Source: Marsupella aquatica
Taxonomy: Eukaryota; Plantae; Marchantiophyta
Direction: 5' to 3'
DNA: 64,000 nt
Assembly (NCBI GenBank): GCA_973895155.1
Contig: OZ316898.1
Span: 4,637,079 to 4,701,078 of the forward strand
Shown: one piece after another, positions 49,541-62,487 of the stretch
How positions within the stretch are numbered: the first letter of the stretch is position 1
Layout: the number at the start of each line of letters is the position of its first letter
Translations under genes and position numbers: made by a program
Notes under the pieces: generated by a model
What the model was told of the DNA's origin: nothing
The model's input: the letters and a program-made list of their open reading frames with translations, nothing else
The model's database searches: none

Positions 49541-49670
49541 TACTCCTTTCCTTGGTTAAAATATATACTTGGTACTCCTTTCCTTGGTTAAAATATGGTC
49601 TGAGTACGATTACGCGTGCGCGCTTCTCCTTTCCTTGGTTAAAAATATAGTCTGAGTACGATTACGTGTA
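49541..49670. repeat. Short tandem duplications near the DCD transcription start region
   Basis: CTCCTTTCCTTGGTTAAAA three times and GTCTGAGTACGATTACG twice. Confidence 0.85.
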
Positions 49671-50325
49671 CTACCCCCATTTTAAATCGCCACTGGCCAT
49701 ATAAAAGGGGCCACTAGCCATATGATAAAGGAAAGTGTCCAATATTTCTCCTCTTTTGCACTTTCGTCTCATTCTTTCTCCTCTCCATTTCCATGTGGCT
49801 CCACAAGGTCAGGAAAGGATAATATGTATATGATGAAACACTGTGTAACCAGGTTTTTGTCATGGCTAGTGGTCCGTGGTTTAAATGAGGGATGGGTTAT
49901 TTATATATAGTAGTGGGACGTCTCAAAGTTAGGCAAACATTTTTATCCGCCGGTTTGAGAGTTCATGGGCCGGGAAGCATACTCCAAATGTGGTTACCAC
50001 ATTTTTGCGCCATGGCATTTTTGTTGACTTTAGGCCAGTTCTAGGTTAACATTTGAGGGTTAAGTTTACCAGTTTAGGGTAGTTGGCTCGCAAATAAAAC
50101 AGAGGCTGACCATTTATGTACAAGATGCACACCTGGTCTAGGTTTACTAACCTGTAACCCTTTGACCAGAAAGTTTAAAAAAAACCTCACTGGTTGCTTT
50201 CTTGGAAGTCACGGGATTCGACTACCCTAACACTTAACTCCAGCGTCAATGACTCAGATGCCAAGCTCCTCTATGGTCCAGGCCTCTAGAACGGCCATCC
50301 GGTGGAGAAATTGAAACACTTTGTT

Positions 50326-52593
50326 AGACGTCAGGAAAGTGTGTGGAAGGATGTGGAGAGGGCCTTTGGCGTATTGAAAGCTCGGTTTGAGATAGTGAAG
50401 AGGCCGCTAGATCTTGGTTTGAGTCCAACATCACGAAGATCCTCATGGCCTGTGTCGTATTACACAATATGATTATAGAAGATGAATGGGGAGACAACTT
50501 TCCTCCATATTTAGGGGTGAGGGCACCAAGGGTGAGAAGAGGAAATTTGCCCTGGCTGGATTTTCTAGTAGCAACCAAGGAGATTAACAAGGACAATCAT
50601 TTCAGGTTGATGAATGATACAGTAGACCATTTGTGGAGTAGGAAGATTGTATGAAGAATCTGTTTTCTGTTTCTCAAGAATTGATGGGCTTTTTTTGCCT
50701 TGTTTCCTCTGAAATTGTTGTTCACAGGTCTTGATTAGCATTGCTTGCTCAATTCTGAATATTTTTTAATATTCAAGAATGAGCATCCCTTCATCTGATC
50801 CAGACTAGTTGGCAATCAAAGGGAAAGAAAGCAGCACATGATCTCATTGTGTGGCAATTAAATTAATAGCAAGCAGTGAGATCCCTAAGCTGTTTCTGCA
50901 CATTTTGATTTTTGAGCTTGAAAAAATGAACGTTCATTGGACATTTGAAGCCAGATAAAGCCAATTTCAGACAAGTGATAGAATTGACTAGGAGACAAAA
51001 ATCTGACCACCTCAATTAACATTATTGGGAGTATAATCAAAGTTCAATCGAGCTGCTGCTCCTCAAAATTCTGAAACTAAAACATCGTCTCTACGTCTAC
51101 AGCAGGGTCTTGGTTGTAAAACTGTGGTCTACCCTCAATGTGATACTCGTGAGCCCATGTATTCTGGTTTGTTCCTGTGTCCTCGACCATATTCTCCCGA
51201 CTTTATTCATTGTCCGACTCATCCACATTGACATTGGGGTTCGTAGCTTCTTCAGTGCCAACTGTTTGCACAACAGGCGGCTGTCTTACAAACGGTGGTG
51301 GATTTGTGACAGCAAGCGACCTCACAGAGGAAACTTGTTTTGGTGTCTACATCATGGGCTCAGCCAATTTCCTTGTTGCCTCCAAGTTTGATTGTCTCAT
51401 TATTGCTTGGACCTCTGGCTCCATTCCATCGATTGGCATTGTCAGCAAATTCATCAAAGAGTTATGCTTCATAATGGTCACTCGGTCTCAATTGGTAGCA
51501 ACCATGTCTTTGCTGGCTTGAGTTGTTATTTTCAGGGCATCCTCCTGTTGTTTCGCCCTCTTCAGCTCCTCCTTTGCCCTCTTGGTTCCTTGGGGTCTCT
51601 TCCTGCTAGCAAACATCCCGTCATCGTTTGCAAATCCATTGTCGATGGTGCCTCCCCGTTCTTCTCCTTTATTGTCCACTATAGGAGAGAGGATGGAGTT
51701 CTCTCATTCTTCTGTTTCTTTGTGCTTGATTTCCTCTTCTTCCCCTTTGCCATCCCGTCAGCAGGATTACCCCACCTTGGGCAATCCTTCAAATCCAGAA
51801 CCAAGATTCAACGCAAAATTCTTATTTTTTGGGTGATTTTCCTTGTACAGCTCCTTGGCTTTAATTAGTGTCTTCAGCGTTTGCTCCCAAAATTTGCAAG
51901 CCATCAACCTAATGGTAGCAACTGATGAATTTGGAGATGTCGTGCTTAATGTCTGCCCATTCCCCTCAAGCGATTTTCTTCCTCTCACCTCAGCGCCCTT
52001 GCGTTTATGTTTCTCATAATTTTCTGTCACCTTGTCCCAAAATTTCTCCACTCTTTGTCCAACACCAACACATGGATCTTGTGAATGTGCGGCACACTGT
52101 AGCATACTTGTTTCAACTCCTCTGAAGTGTAATTCTTGCCATAACTTGCTGCCATCCTGATCACAATTGCATGCGGGATTGTGAAAGAAGATTGAACAGT
52201 GAAAAACGTGCAGAACTCGTGGGTTCTACTGTCCCACCACTCATACACTGTGTGCTCTTGCTCTTCAAGCTTCTCTTGCGGGAAACTTGATGCTCAAAAA
52301 CAATCCAAAATCTGGCGTGATGCTTGTAGTACAAGCAAGTGGACGCTTCTAAAGCGAGATTCCGCCACGTGGGCTGCCGTTGGCCATTGATGCATATGGG
52401 GGTTTGGTCTCCAACACAGATTGCCGACCTCCTTCTACAGCAAATTTTGTGACAGCAAGGCACATAATGAACATCGGGCCTCCAAACTTTTGGAGGTTAC
52501 GAGGTACAGTGGGAGACTCAATTTGCAAAAAGCGACCACTATGTAGATTTTTGGTGGATAGGGGGTGAAAAAACCAGACTGTTGGAGATGCTC
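50326..52593. mobile_element. Decayed, left-truncated PIF/Harbinger DNA transposon
   Basis: Plus strand 50326-50654 gives a DDE transposase C-terminus: KDVERAFGVLKARFEIV..[frameshift]..ILMACVVLHNMIIEDE. The convergent minus strand (~52155-51488) gives a frameshifted Myb/NAM-associated ORF1: YTSEE....C...SQDPCVGVGQRVEKFWDKV..NY. Right TIR TTGGAGATGCTC at 52582-52593 is followed by TTA. Confidence 0.88.
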
Positions 52594-52594
52594 T

Positions 52595-52783
52595 TAGTCC
52601 CCCTTGGGGGGTATAGGTTGGAGGGAAAGCATTCTCTCTCTCATTTTTTCAAATGTACTCTCATATGCTATGGATCCGTCATGAGTTTCTCCACTAGAAG
52701 TGTCTCGTCCATGTAACGTTTGATTGAGTGTCTCTCTCATGTTTTGCATTTGTTGTCTAGTCTGGAGCTGATAGTTTCTTACA
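52595..52783 (+). mobile_element. 3' part of an LTR (family of 1255-1558), truncated by the Harbinger insertion
   Basis: TAGTC.CCCTTGGGGG.TATAGG...CTATGGATC...GAGTTTCTCCA...CTCTCATGTT..GCATTTGTTGTCTAGTCTG.AGCTGAT.GTTT..CA matches 1372-1558. Confidence 0.8.
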
Positions 52784-53784
52784 TGAGGGTGCCTTTGGGT
52801 CTCGAGGCTTGCGAGGGCTATCTTGTCCGCTTGCCAAATCCTGCGAAAACAACAATGAAACCATGTTTAGTTTCCCACGGGAGCTTGCGTTGGGGAGACA
52901 ATGCAGAGTAGTCATGGGTGTTGAGGTCCAAGTGCATTTGGCCCCTAGACTCTAAGTCAGGTTGGAACCTTGGAGATGGTTGCTATAGTCGGGATCAAAA
53001 TGGTCCTGGCATTTAGGACAAACTTTGAGACAAGCTAGCTTACTTGGGCCATGAGCATGTCCAGGGGGAAGGGCGGTCAGCCAACTATAAAGAGGAAGTG
53101 GAAAGCACAAACGACACCAGATTGAGGAACAATCCTGGATAAACAATGGGTGTCGACTCTAGTTTTGGCTTATGGCGAGACCACTCGGGCCCAACTGAAA
53201 GGGTTCTATTCGCTGACCTACTTACCAATGTCTAATGAGTTTGAGTGGCGACACTAGTCTTGGAGCTCCTAAATCCTACAAGGTTACTTACCTAGGTGTT
53301 TGGTTGCTTGTGCAGATAGTGAGGACCATTAAGCGAGAGTAGAGTTAGGGAACGAATGTGACTTCCTATGGGAGTTGCCGTAAGATGTGCTCAAGGTACC
53401 AAGTTGTTTGCACAAAGAGTTCTGTGTAAACATTAGGGTACCAAGGGCACTTAGGTGAGGGTGTTGGGACTGCTCATGACACTCGGTGACAAGATCCACC
53501 ACTTGCTCTCTCCGTTGGGGAGTCTTTAAGGGTAGCACAAGGCCCTATGCAAGGCTCGATTGTGGCTTAGGGCATGTAAGGAAGGGATCGAGGCCCTATT
53601 TGCAAGGAAGCATCCTGGAGGGGAGGCGGTTTCGGCTTCCACAAAGGTACATTAGTGGCAACTAAGGCCCTTTAGCGAGGGACATATGCAAGAGGGCGAG
53701 AAAGGAAGGGCCAAACCGAATATCACTTAATTACATATTGTATATCACCTAACTTATTGTATAAATTGGAGTGAACATGGAGAT

Positions 53785-54040
53785 TGTTCGGAATTGACTC
53801 CAGTTGGTGACTATAATTTATTTGGTCTTAATATTAGTGACCCCTTGATGACATTAGGATAAGACACGCTTAGGATTGCCCACACATCTCATCCCCCCTT
53901 GGGATATAGGTTAGAGAGAGAACATTCACTTGCTCATTCTTCACATGTTATGGATCCTTCGAAAGTTTCTACACTTATGTTGTCTTCTCAGTGCAGCGCT
54001 ATAATTGAGCTGCTTGTATGTTTTACATTTGTTGTCTCTA
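53785..54040 (+). mobile_element. Degenerate LTR copy (same family)
   Basis: Starts TGTTCGGAATTGACTC, compared with TGTTAGGAATTGACTC at 1255. Colinear through CCCCTTGGG.TATAGG and CATTTGTTGTCT. Confidence 0.75.
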
Positions 54041-54794
54041 AAAATCAAATGACAACACCTCTAAGAATTTGATTTCCTTAGGTGCTTTGCAATCTGGTGG
54101 ATGATCCCTATAATAGTGTTGATGATTGCCATGCCAATGATAGTTGAAAGTCCCCATGCCAATGGATAGTTGATAGTCCCAACTCAACTGTCAGCTATTG
54201 AAACAAAACAACTATATTCTAATCAATAGATGGATAGATAAGGATGCTGCTATGTAAATACAGTGGCTATGTAAAATATAGTGGCTACGGTCGTGAGCAA
54301 TCTGGGCCAGGGTCAGCTCGAGATTCAATCCTAGGAGACAGCAACACCACTAATTAGATTAAAGGCTAAACCAAGGTTCGGTGGATAAGAGGATCAGTTT
54401 CTAGTGCAAAAGAAATCACAGGGAGCCAGAAGGAAGAGAACTGTATCCAACACAACGTACTTCCAACCAGCACTGGATATTCATCATTGAGGACACATTA
54501 TGCCAAGATTGAAAACCTCCTAGTACACTGCCGGTAGATAATTTTACATATCCTATCGGGGATGCTACACACCTCGTTAGCTTGGCTAAGATCATGAATC
54601 CCAACCACCTCTGCTTGGCAAGCCCTACTTTGGAAATCTAAAGGGCAATATCATCACCACGATCGCTGTGCATCATGAAATCCCACGATGATTAATCCTT
54701 GAGACGGCTCACAAGACCATAATGCAGAAGTTTGACAGACAGTAATGACAAAGTTGAAAGCTCCTTCACATGATTCATGATTACAACAGGATTT

Positions 54795-54852
54795 GAAGAG
54801 AAGAGAAGAGAAGAGAAGAGAAGAGAAGAGAAGAGAAGAGAAGAGAAGAGAA
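54795..54852. repeat. (GAAGA)n microsatellite
   Basis: About 11 pentamer units downstream of the coiled-coil gene. Confidence 0.95.
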
Positions 54853-55254
54853 GCCCAAATGTCCTATTGCTGAAGAGATGAAGAAACTGCCTGCCAATCT
54901 GGAAAACACAATGATGTAGATTCACAGAGCACGCGGATTCATTGTCAACTGACGCAGTTTAGGTGTCAATTTTCTTTGCCAAGGGTGAAATAGTGAGTTG
55001 AGTTTTTTAGGATGTTTTACCATTTTGTGAAGTTGGACAGCAGTAACCCACGAATACACTTATACCATTCAATCAGTATACACCCTCCATGGAAGGCTGG
55101 ATAGGGGCATAAATATCCTAGAATGTGGAGAGAAGATTGACAACCGCTAATCAAGGGTTTCAACTCTCAAATAATTTCGTGAAGGTGCACAATGCACCTC
55201 CTCCCTTTTCTACAATATGAAGAAAAAGTCCTTTCTAACGAACTGCAGGGTCAA

Positions 55255-58200
55255 CTACACCAAAGGATCCAAAAGCTCCTCCATCTCTGCTGAAAGCTGT
55301 GTGTCGTGTCCTCGTCTTCCCCTTCCTCGCAACCAAGGCAAACACCAATCCAACAACCCACACACACGATGCTCCGATTTTTGTTCTAACTCTTCTATTT
55401 GTCTGTTCAGTTCTTCCAATCTGTCCCGCAAGTCCGCAGCTCGTTCATCGGCAATCTGGCGGGATCTCTCAGCAGCATTAAGAGCAGCAATTGCAGCCAG
55501 CGCCATGTCTTCTTTGGAGCCGACTTTGGTGTTGGCCTCTTCTACTAACTCTCTGTACTTTGCTGATCGCTCATTCAGTGCCGCAATCTGATACACATGT
55601 CAACCAAGAATACCCCAATTTTTAGAAGTTATACACAACTAGACAAATTGACACTAAAATCTGACATATTCTTAACCACATTCTCAACTGCGAGGGTTAC
55701 CAAAGTTTTGACAACAAGCTTCAACCAAGACAGGAATGGTAAGTGGCATAAGATGACCAGACTCTTGGAAGGAAGATCAACGCATAAAAAACTTACCTCC
55801 TTGTTGCGTATTTCAACCTCCTCCAGCATTCTTGCCCCAGCAGCAGCTTCCGCAGTGGCTGCCTCTTTCCATCTGGAAACCTCCTCTTCAGAATCTAAAA
55901 GTTCACCTGTAACAGACTCAACCTTTTGGCAGAGGTGACAAACAGATCGAAATATTGGTCTCCGGAAAGAATCACATACTAAAACCTTTCACGTGCGCTT
56001 CGCTGTGCCCGCCTTCATGAGAAAATGCTTCTAGCTGGATCTGCCTTACAATATGTTTATCAAGATTGCTAGAGAACTTCTTGTCTTATTCTATGACTGA
56101 AATTTTGAAATGAACGACTGAAATTTTGAAATGAATGAAACTTGCAATCAAGAATGAGTCCCAGATGTCTTTCAAATACTCACATGCTTCTCTAGTTCTA
56201 AAATGCGTGCCGCCTTCCCTGCCAGGTCTCTCCCTTGGACTGTCAATTGCTGTTGTAATCTTTCAATTTCCAGCCTACAATCATGCTCAAGTAAGAACAA
56301 CTCTCACAGTTCAGGCTCGGTGGTAGAAAACTTTACAAGATTCAAATCTCAAATAATTCTAGTTTTACTATATCAGATTGTTGTAATTGGCTGGGGATGA
56401 AGCACGCTACAGCAGTGGGCTGCGTTGTGATTGTGGAGTGCAGTGACCAACTTAAAGCTCTGAAAAAAACAAAATCCATCCTTCTGGACTAGCAAGCCAA
56501 GCAGGCCTGGGACAGTTCAGGAACGTCCTGGGAGCCTTAGAACAAGAGTACATCCACAGGCCTGTTGGTATTTACTATCTAGCATTAAGGTGGCAGATGA
56601 AAACCAGTAGTACATGAGCAATAAGTTCACCCGCTTAGGTTCAGCTCAAGATAAGGTATCTAATGTTCCAAGCCAGTTTACAGCAATTCTCCACCTCAGA
56701 TACATCAAAGATGAACAATATGATTCACGAAAAATGCCATGCCTCGTGAAACAATCTTCCTTGTTAGCAACTGTGCAGACCCTAATCTACCATCGCCGTA
56801 CAGAGAAAATAATATAATTAGGGCACACAAGAGCAATGTGTCCAGCATGAATCCTCAATCATCAGACTCTTGAAATTTTTAGGTTATCAGATCTGTCAGA
56901 CAGACCTCAAGTATGAAGACTTTCTCCGCTTGAAAATTGCCAACCCCAAAACTGAGCGTATTAAATCATTTTTGCCTATAAGTGACAAATAATGGTGTAG
57001 GAAAGAACGAAAAGAAAGCAAACTGGATGATGCGATAGTTTAACGTACTATGGTCCCTCACACCAAGAACACGGCAAGCCCCCAAACGGATAGCTGCTCA
57101 AGTCAGCAGTCTCACACCAATGAGCAAGAAAATTTCATCGTCCAGAAGGTGCGAAAGTTGTCCTCATTTCGGATTATAGAGATTGGCATATCAAACACCT
57201 CAAAAAAGTGACCGCAGCGTTACTCTCATATCATGGATACAGTTACCAACCCAACGCTGGTCATACCTTGCTGAACTCACTGTTCGCTTGACCTCCTTCT
57301 GCAAGTTCTCCACGTCTTGCTCCAGAAGAGCCACCTATAACCACCCAACACAAGATTTTCAACGACGAATCCTCAGCTTAACGAAACTGAACATACTTCA
57401 ACTCTAGCAGCCAATTGCAGTACCAGTCTACGTATCACTAGGAGCCAGCAGGATGGACATGGATCCTTTTAGCATACTGATCCAGTAGCTTAGTTAGTAA
57501 GTTCGCCTACACTCCACACTCTGGTCAGGAATGCAAAAATCTGAAGGTTAGTAAGGGCCACCAACCTTTGAAGCTGTCTGCTCTTTCATTCTCTCATGAG
57601 CAGCCAGTTCTGATTGAAGAAGCTTAAGGGAAGTCTGCTGCGGACCTTCCCCAATAATCTGGTATTTTTCTGTATTATCTTGACCAGTACTTTCTTGAGG
57701 TGAAGAGCTTTTGCCGTCAGCCATTTCTCCTTCCTGCGTTGATTCTGTTTGGTTGTCTTCTGTCTCGTCTGTCGATCCCACCTCAGATCCTTCAGGTGAA
57801 GCCTTTCGATGGTCAGGAAATGAAAGTTTCTGCAATATGTCACCTTTCTCTGCATGTAGCATCTTGACCGTGCTCTCAAAGTCTTTCCTCTCTTTTTCTG
57901 CTTTCTGTTGATTTTCTTTCCAAAGCTGAGCCACTCGGCTGGCGAGATCCATAATCTCCTGTCCCTCTGCAAGGAATCCCTTCTTCTGCGGCTCAGCTTC
58001 ATCTTGTGAACTCCCGACCAAATCAGTTTGAAAAGAGGCAAACGGATTATCTGACTGCATCAGACCTAGAATATCCAGGAGTCGAGTTCTTACTTTGGCT
58101 GCACACTCTGTGTTTTGGACAGTCTCAGAATTCACGATCTCTAACTTGCTTTCAACTTCTTCAACTCTCTGTCTCAATGCTTCGGCTTCCTGCCTGGTCT

Positions 58201-59149
58201 TACCCAGCTGCTCGAGCATTTCACGCTCTATGTCCGCTATTCTGCCATCTTTACCAGCGGCTACTTTCTGCCATCTCTCTAATTCTGAGGACTTCTTTGC
58301 CACCTCCTCTTTCATTTGAGTAATGGAAGCTTCTAACTGGGAGACCTCGATGGCTATGTTTAAGTTTCGATGCTCCATCTGCATGTGAAGTTCGTTACTT
58401 CGTTTAAGAGCAGCTTCTCGCTGTCTGAGAACTTCGTCAACAACCTCTTCCACTCTCTTCGCAAAACCGAGGGCAATGGCGGTCAGACCAGTAGAATTTT
58501 TAACCCTCGGAAGGCCCCCAGAGAAGCTTTTCACCCCATTACTCATAGACATGATCTTTTCAGCTTGGGTGACAAGAATTCTAGCGACTGCCTCAATCTC
58601 GGCTTTGGCAGAGTCCCGGGCTCGACTCATGTCATCCTTTTGTCTCTGAATCTCGTCCCTCTGTGCGCTGATTTCATCCTTCTGCCTGTTAGCATCCTCC
58701 TTGAGCTTTAGTACTTCCTCCAGCTGCTTGGATCGGTCTTCCTTGAGCTGTAATGCTTCTTCCAACTGCTTGAATCGCTCATCCTTGAGCTGTACTGCTT
58801 CCTCCAGCTGCTTGGACAATTCTTCCCTGGCTCTCAAGGCTTCATCCTTTCCTTTCCAAGCGTCATCTCTCTGCTTGATGGCCTCATGAACGTAAGTTTT
58901 AAGTTTTACCACTGTGGCATCTGCGTCTGCCTTCGCAGCTTCAGCAGCTTTTCGAGCCTGCCTCTCTTGCTCGAGGTTAGCCAAAGCGGCCTTCAGGCTC
59001 TCCACAACCTTCAGACCATCAGGTTGTGTTGTGACCGGTCGTACTGGTGCTGCGGCTGGTGCAGAGAGCACCATGGGCGCCGCCTCTAAATCATCATCCT
59101 CAAAGTCACTGAGTGCCGCCTCCTCCTCGCCCCCATGAGAACTATCCAT
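55255..59149 (-). CDS. Plant coiled-coil protein of the At1g24560/At3g49055 family, 5 coding exons
   Basis: Exons 59149-57566, 57334-57267, ~56275-56185, ~55922-55797 and 55587-55255 join in phase. Motifs recalled for the family: AALSDFE, KSFSGGLPR..TGL.AIA.G..KR.EE.V.E..RQ, QMEHRNLNIAIEVSQLEASI, EEEVSRWKEAA..EAAAG, ADERAADLRDRLEELNRQ, WCLPW, EMEELLDPLV. Confidence 0.88.
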
Positions 59150-60506
59150 CCCTTAATTTCCAAAGGACCTAATTATTATCTCATCATTTTTATAACCAAA
59201 CTGACTTGGACATCAATCCGCGAAGTAATGCATGGAAGTGGTCAACCAACTGCATTACTTGGAAAGGTCCACCAGGGAGTTTCACGCAGGGACAATTTTC
59301 CCAAACAGTCTAAATTATAATGCTCAGCTATTTCCTTCTTCACATTAACAAACAGCTCGTCCCAATCCTGCGGGCTCATCTCCTGGCGTTGTGGACAAGA
59401 AAGAGGGGCAATACAATATATTGCGAAGCCAGCCGGCCATCCGACGAGTCCCCCAATTCAGCCCTATTGCAAAAGTCCACAACGACTCCGCTTCCGGTTC
59501 AATAGCCGGAAGCTCCTCCTCAAGAGATCCACTGCCAACGAAGAGAAGCAGAAGATCAACAACGACAATAAGGCCTGATGATTTCACTTAAAATTACCGC
59601 ATCGCTTGATACTCAGCCAGACCACCAATTGAAGTCTAATCCGAATTGTCAACCACGTCCTGTTCACATTTATCGTCTCACGACAGAACAAACCACTTGA
59701 AGTTCGAAAGAATTCCTTTCATAACAGTCGATTCGACCTGCAGAGCGAGGGACGGAAACAGAGTGCATGAGAGAAACATGCACGAAAGATGCGCCGACTA
59801 CTCGCCCCCCTACCAAATAATCACTGTTCTATCCCGTCCTTGTCCCTTGGGTACGATTCCTAAGCTACAGAAGAAGACCAAGAAGAAGAAGACAAGAAGA
59901 AGAAGACGAAATTGACCTGATCTCCAAAGAAGAAAAATTGCCGCACTTGGAAGGCAGGAACAGATGATGTACAGGAGAGGCGCACCGTCAAAAAAAATCA
60001 TCATTGTCCACAATCCGCGCTAAAATCGGCGATTGAAATGCATATCCAGTCCATTCTTCTTGAGACTCAAAACACACTCAGAGAAAGACAGAATTCAGCT
60101 CGAATTCAGCTCAGTTCAGCTCACCAAAATTGAGAACGCTCGCCGGACGAATCGAATCTAGTACAATCAAATTCGGACAAAGTCAGGCCGTGAATCAAAG
60201 AATCGAAACCCAATCCGCAGCTCCTTCTCCAGCCAGCCAGCACTGTTTCTGCCCTATACCAAATTCAACATCAAAATCATCCGTCCGTCAACCAAATCGG
60301 TCCCCGAACACATCAATCGCATCGCCTTGCGCTGAGCATGCCGTATGAACCGTCTCCTTGGCCATTCCCGTTCGTCCAGTGACCAGCCGATCGATCGATC
60401 ATCGATATGTCTATCTCCGTTGCGTTCCTTTCTTCTTCGTGAAGACTTCGGAGACGGAGGAACTCTGTTTTACAAGTTTTGCATAGTCATTCTCCCACTC
60501 AGCCGA

Positions 60507-60635
60507 CTTCCCTTGCTAAAGTTAACTGACCCGGTCTCCGTTGCTAAAGATAGCTGGACTCCCTTGCTAAGACTAGCTGACCCGGTCTCCTTTATCTAAA
60601 GGTAGCTGCACTCCCTTGCTAAAACTAGCTGACCT
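60507..60635. repeat. ~51-bp tandem repeat (about 2.5 copies) upstream of the coiled-coil gene
   Basis: TCCCTTGCTAA...TA.CTGACC(CGGTCTCC) at ~60509, ~60560 and ~60612. Confidence 0.85.
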
Positions 60636-60690
60636 CCTAAAGTAGCTCTCCCGAGTCTCGACGAGGTTTCCTTTCGCCAGTACTAGAGTA

Positions 60691-60905
60691 CCCTCCCTAT
60701 AAGTGCACATACATAAGTGCAAGCCCTGAATAATTGCAAGGTGTCCCTTCTTCCCCTTTTCAAACCTTTTGCACTTTCTCTAATCCAAACAGGGGCAAAC
60801 TTTCAAGTGAAGTCCTTTATAAAGAGTTAATGCACAATCCCTTCAATTATAAATAAGTGCAAGTCATTTAAGTGAGAGAAATATTTGCACTTTTGGGGAA
60901 GGGGA
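60691..60905. mobile_element. Possible Stowaway-like MITE
   Basis: TA|CCCTCCCTATAAGTGCA ... TGCACTTTTGGGGAAGGGGA|TA gives degenerate TIRs with TA flanks. Confidence 0.45.
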
Positions 60906-61080
60906 TAATGTTTAGGGTGGTGACATACGATTTAATAAGGAAATCAAGATAATTTTGACAGAGAGGTTGCATCACTAGTCCAGGCACTATACACTCTTAT
61001 TGATAAATGCACAATCCACAATTTGCACTTATGCTATAGTGCAAAGCAGTGGTAACTGCAATCCAGATGCATCTTCCTCG

Positions 61081-61680
61081 GAGTGGGTGTACACTTAGAG
61101 AGACACAACTGTACTGTAGTAAACTGTTGTCCTGATCTGTATTAACTGGGGGCGCCACCAAGTCAGCATACCCAAAACAGGCCGGGCCAGTAAAGCTACA
61201 GTAGTCCGGGTGGCTAATTAAGCTGCACTTATGATACAATGGTGCAAACCCAAGTTAAGTGCACATCGGATGCTTCGTCCCAAGAGTGTGCACTTAGAGA
61301 GACACAACGGTGGTACTAGAGTAAACTGCTGTACTGTACTGTACTGTACCGACTGGGGACACCGCCAAGTCAGCGGCAGGAGGCTCACCAACAACGGGCC
61401 CGCCAGTGAAGGTCGTCCGGGTGGCTAATTTGGCGGACCATGCGGTGGAGCAGACCAGCATCGGCGTTTGGACCCATAATTCCATTCCCTCGTTCGCCTC
61501 AGAGGCTCAGAATAGTAGAATACCGTGTAGAGTTTGTCCTTTGCAATAATGAGCCCCCCCAAAACGGGAGCCAATTAGAGTGCTCAGGCTTGAGGGAGGG
61601 CATAATCTCTGATTCCTTTGCAATAATGACCCTCGCCCCCAAACGAGGACCCAATTAGAGTGCTCAGTTGAAGGAGGGCA
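61081..61680. repeat. Two adjacent tandem duplications (~200 bp and ~77 bp units)
   Basis: CACTTAGAGAGACACAAC...CCAAGTCAGC...GTCCGGGTGGCTAATT occurs twice. TCCTTTGCAATAATGA...CCAATTAGAGTGCTCAG...GGAGGGCAT occurs twice. Confidence 0.82.
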
Positions 61681-62319
61681 TCAAGATTGGAATGCAAGGT
61701 ATACTGTATTTTAGGGCATCATCTTCGATTGGATTGGCCCCACCTTATTGCTCTTTTCATGGAAAATATTTTTTTTTCACTTGCCATGAAACAGTGAGCT
61801 CTTTCGGACCCTATAATTGCACATCAAAATTTGAGAAACACATAAGTATTTGGAATAATCCTCACTCTTTCGAATAGAATAATTGGTTTATTGATGGTAT
61901 GAAGTGCCATAATACACATGTTTAGAGATGCTTTCCATCTATATTTGAACCATGTGTTTAGAGGGTATTTATATACTTCTGCTAGATAACGAAAAGGGCC
62001 TTACTGGGAGGGAGACAGGGGTCCCAATAGGAAGAAGCCCAATTAAGAGAAAAAAAAGCCCAAGAGAAAAGCCTGGTAGAGCTCAGGAGAAGTTTAATTT
62101 TTAGGTGCAAATTTTAGCCAAATTCCATGTCCCCAAAAGTGTGCACCACTTTTGGCTAACAATGTTTTTATGCCATTAGCCACTTTCCCACCTAATCATG
62201 AACCCCATTTGTCAGAATTCAACCCTCATCTGTAAATCGAGGGATATCTGATGGTCATGATGTAATCCAAGAAAAACAGACAAAGAATATTCTTAGCATC
62301 TCCTCCCTTAGTGACCCAC

Positions 62320-62487
62320 CACACTGGCTAAAAGTAAAAAACCTTTAAAAAACTGGCTAAAATTTAAAAAACCTTAAAAAATAAGCTTCTCAAGAGGGGA
62401 ACTCACACTGGCTAAAAGTAAAAAACCTTTAAAAAACTGGCTAAAATTTAAAAAACTTTAAAAAATAAGCTTCTCAAGAGGGGAACT
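62320..62487. repeat. Near-identical 84-bp tandem duplication
   Basis: 62320-62403 and 62404-62487 differ at about one base. Confidence 0.93.
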
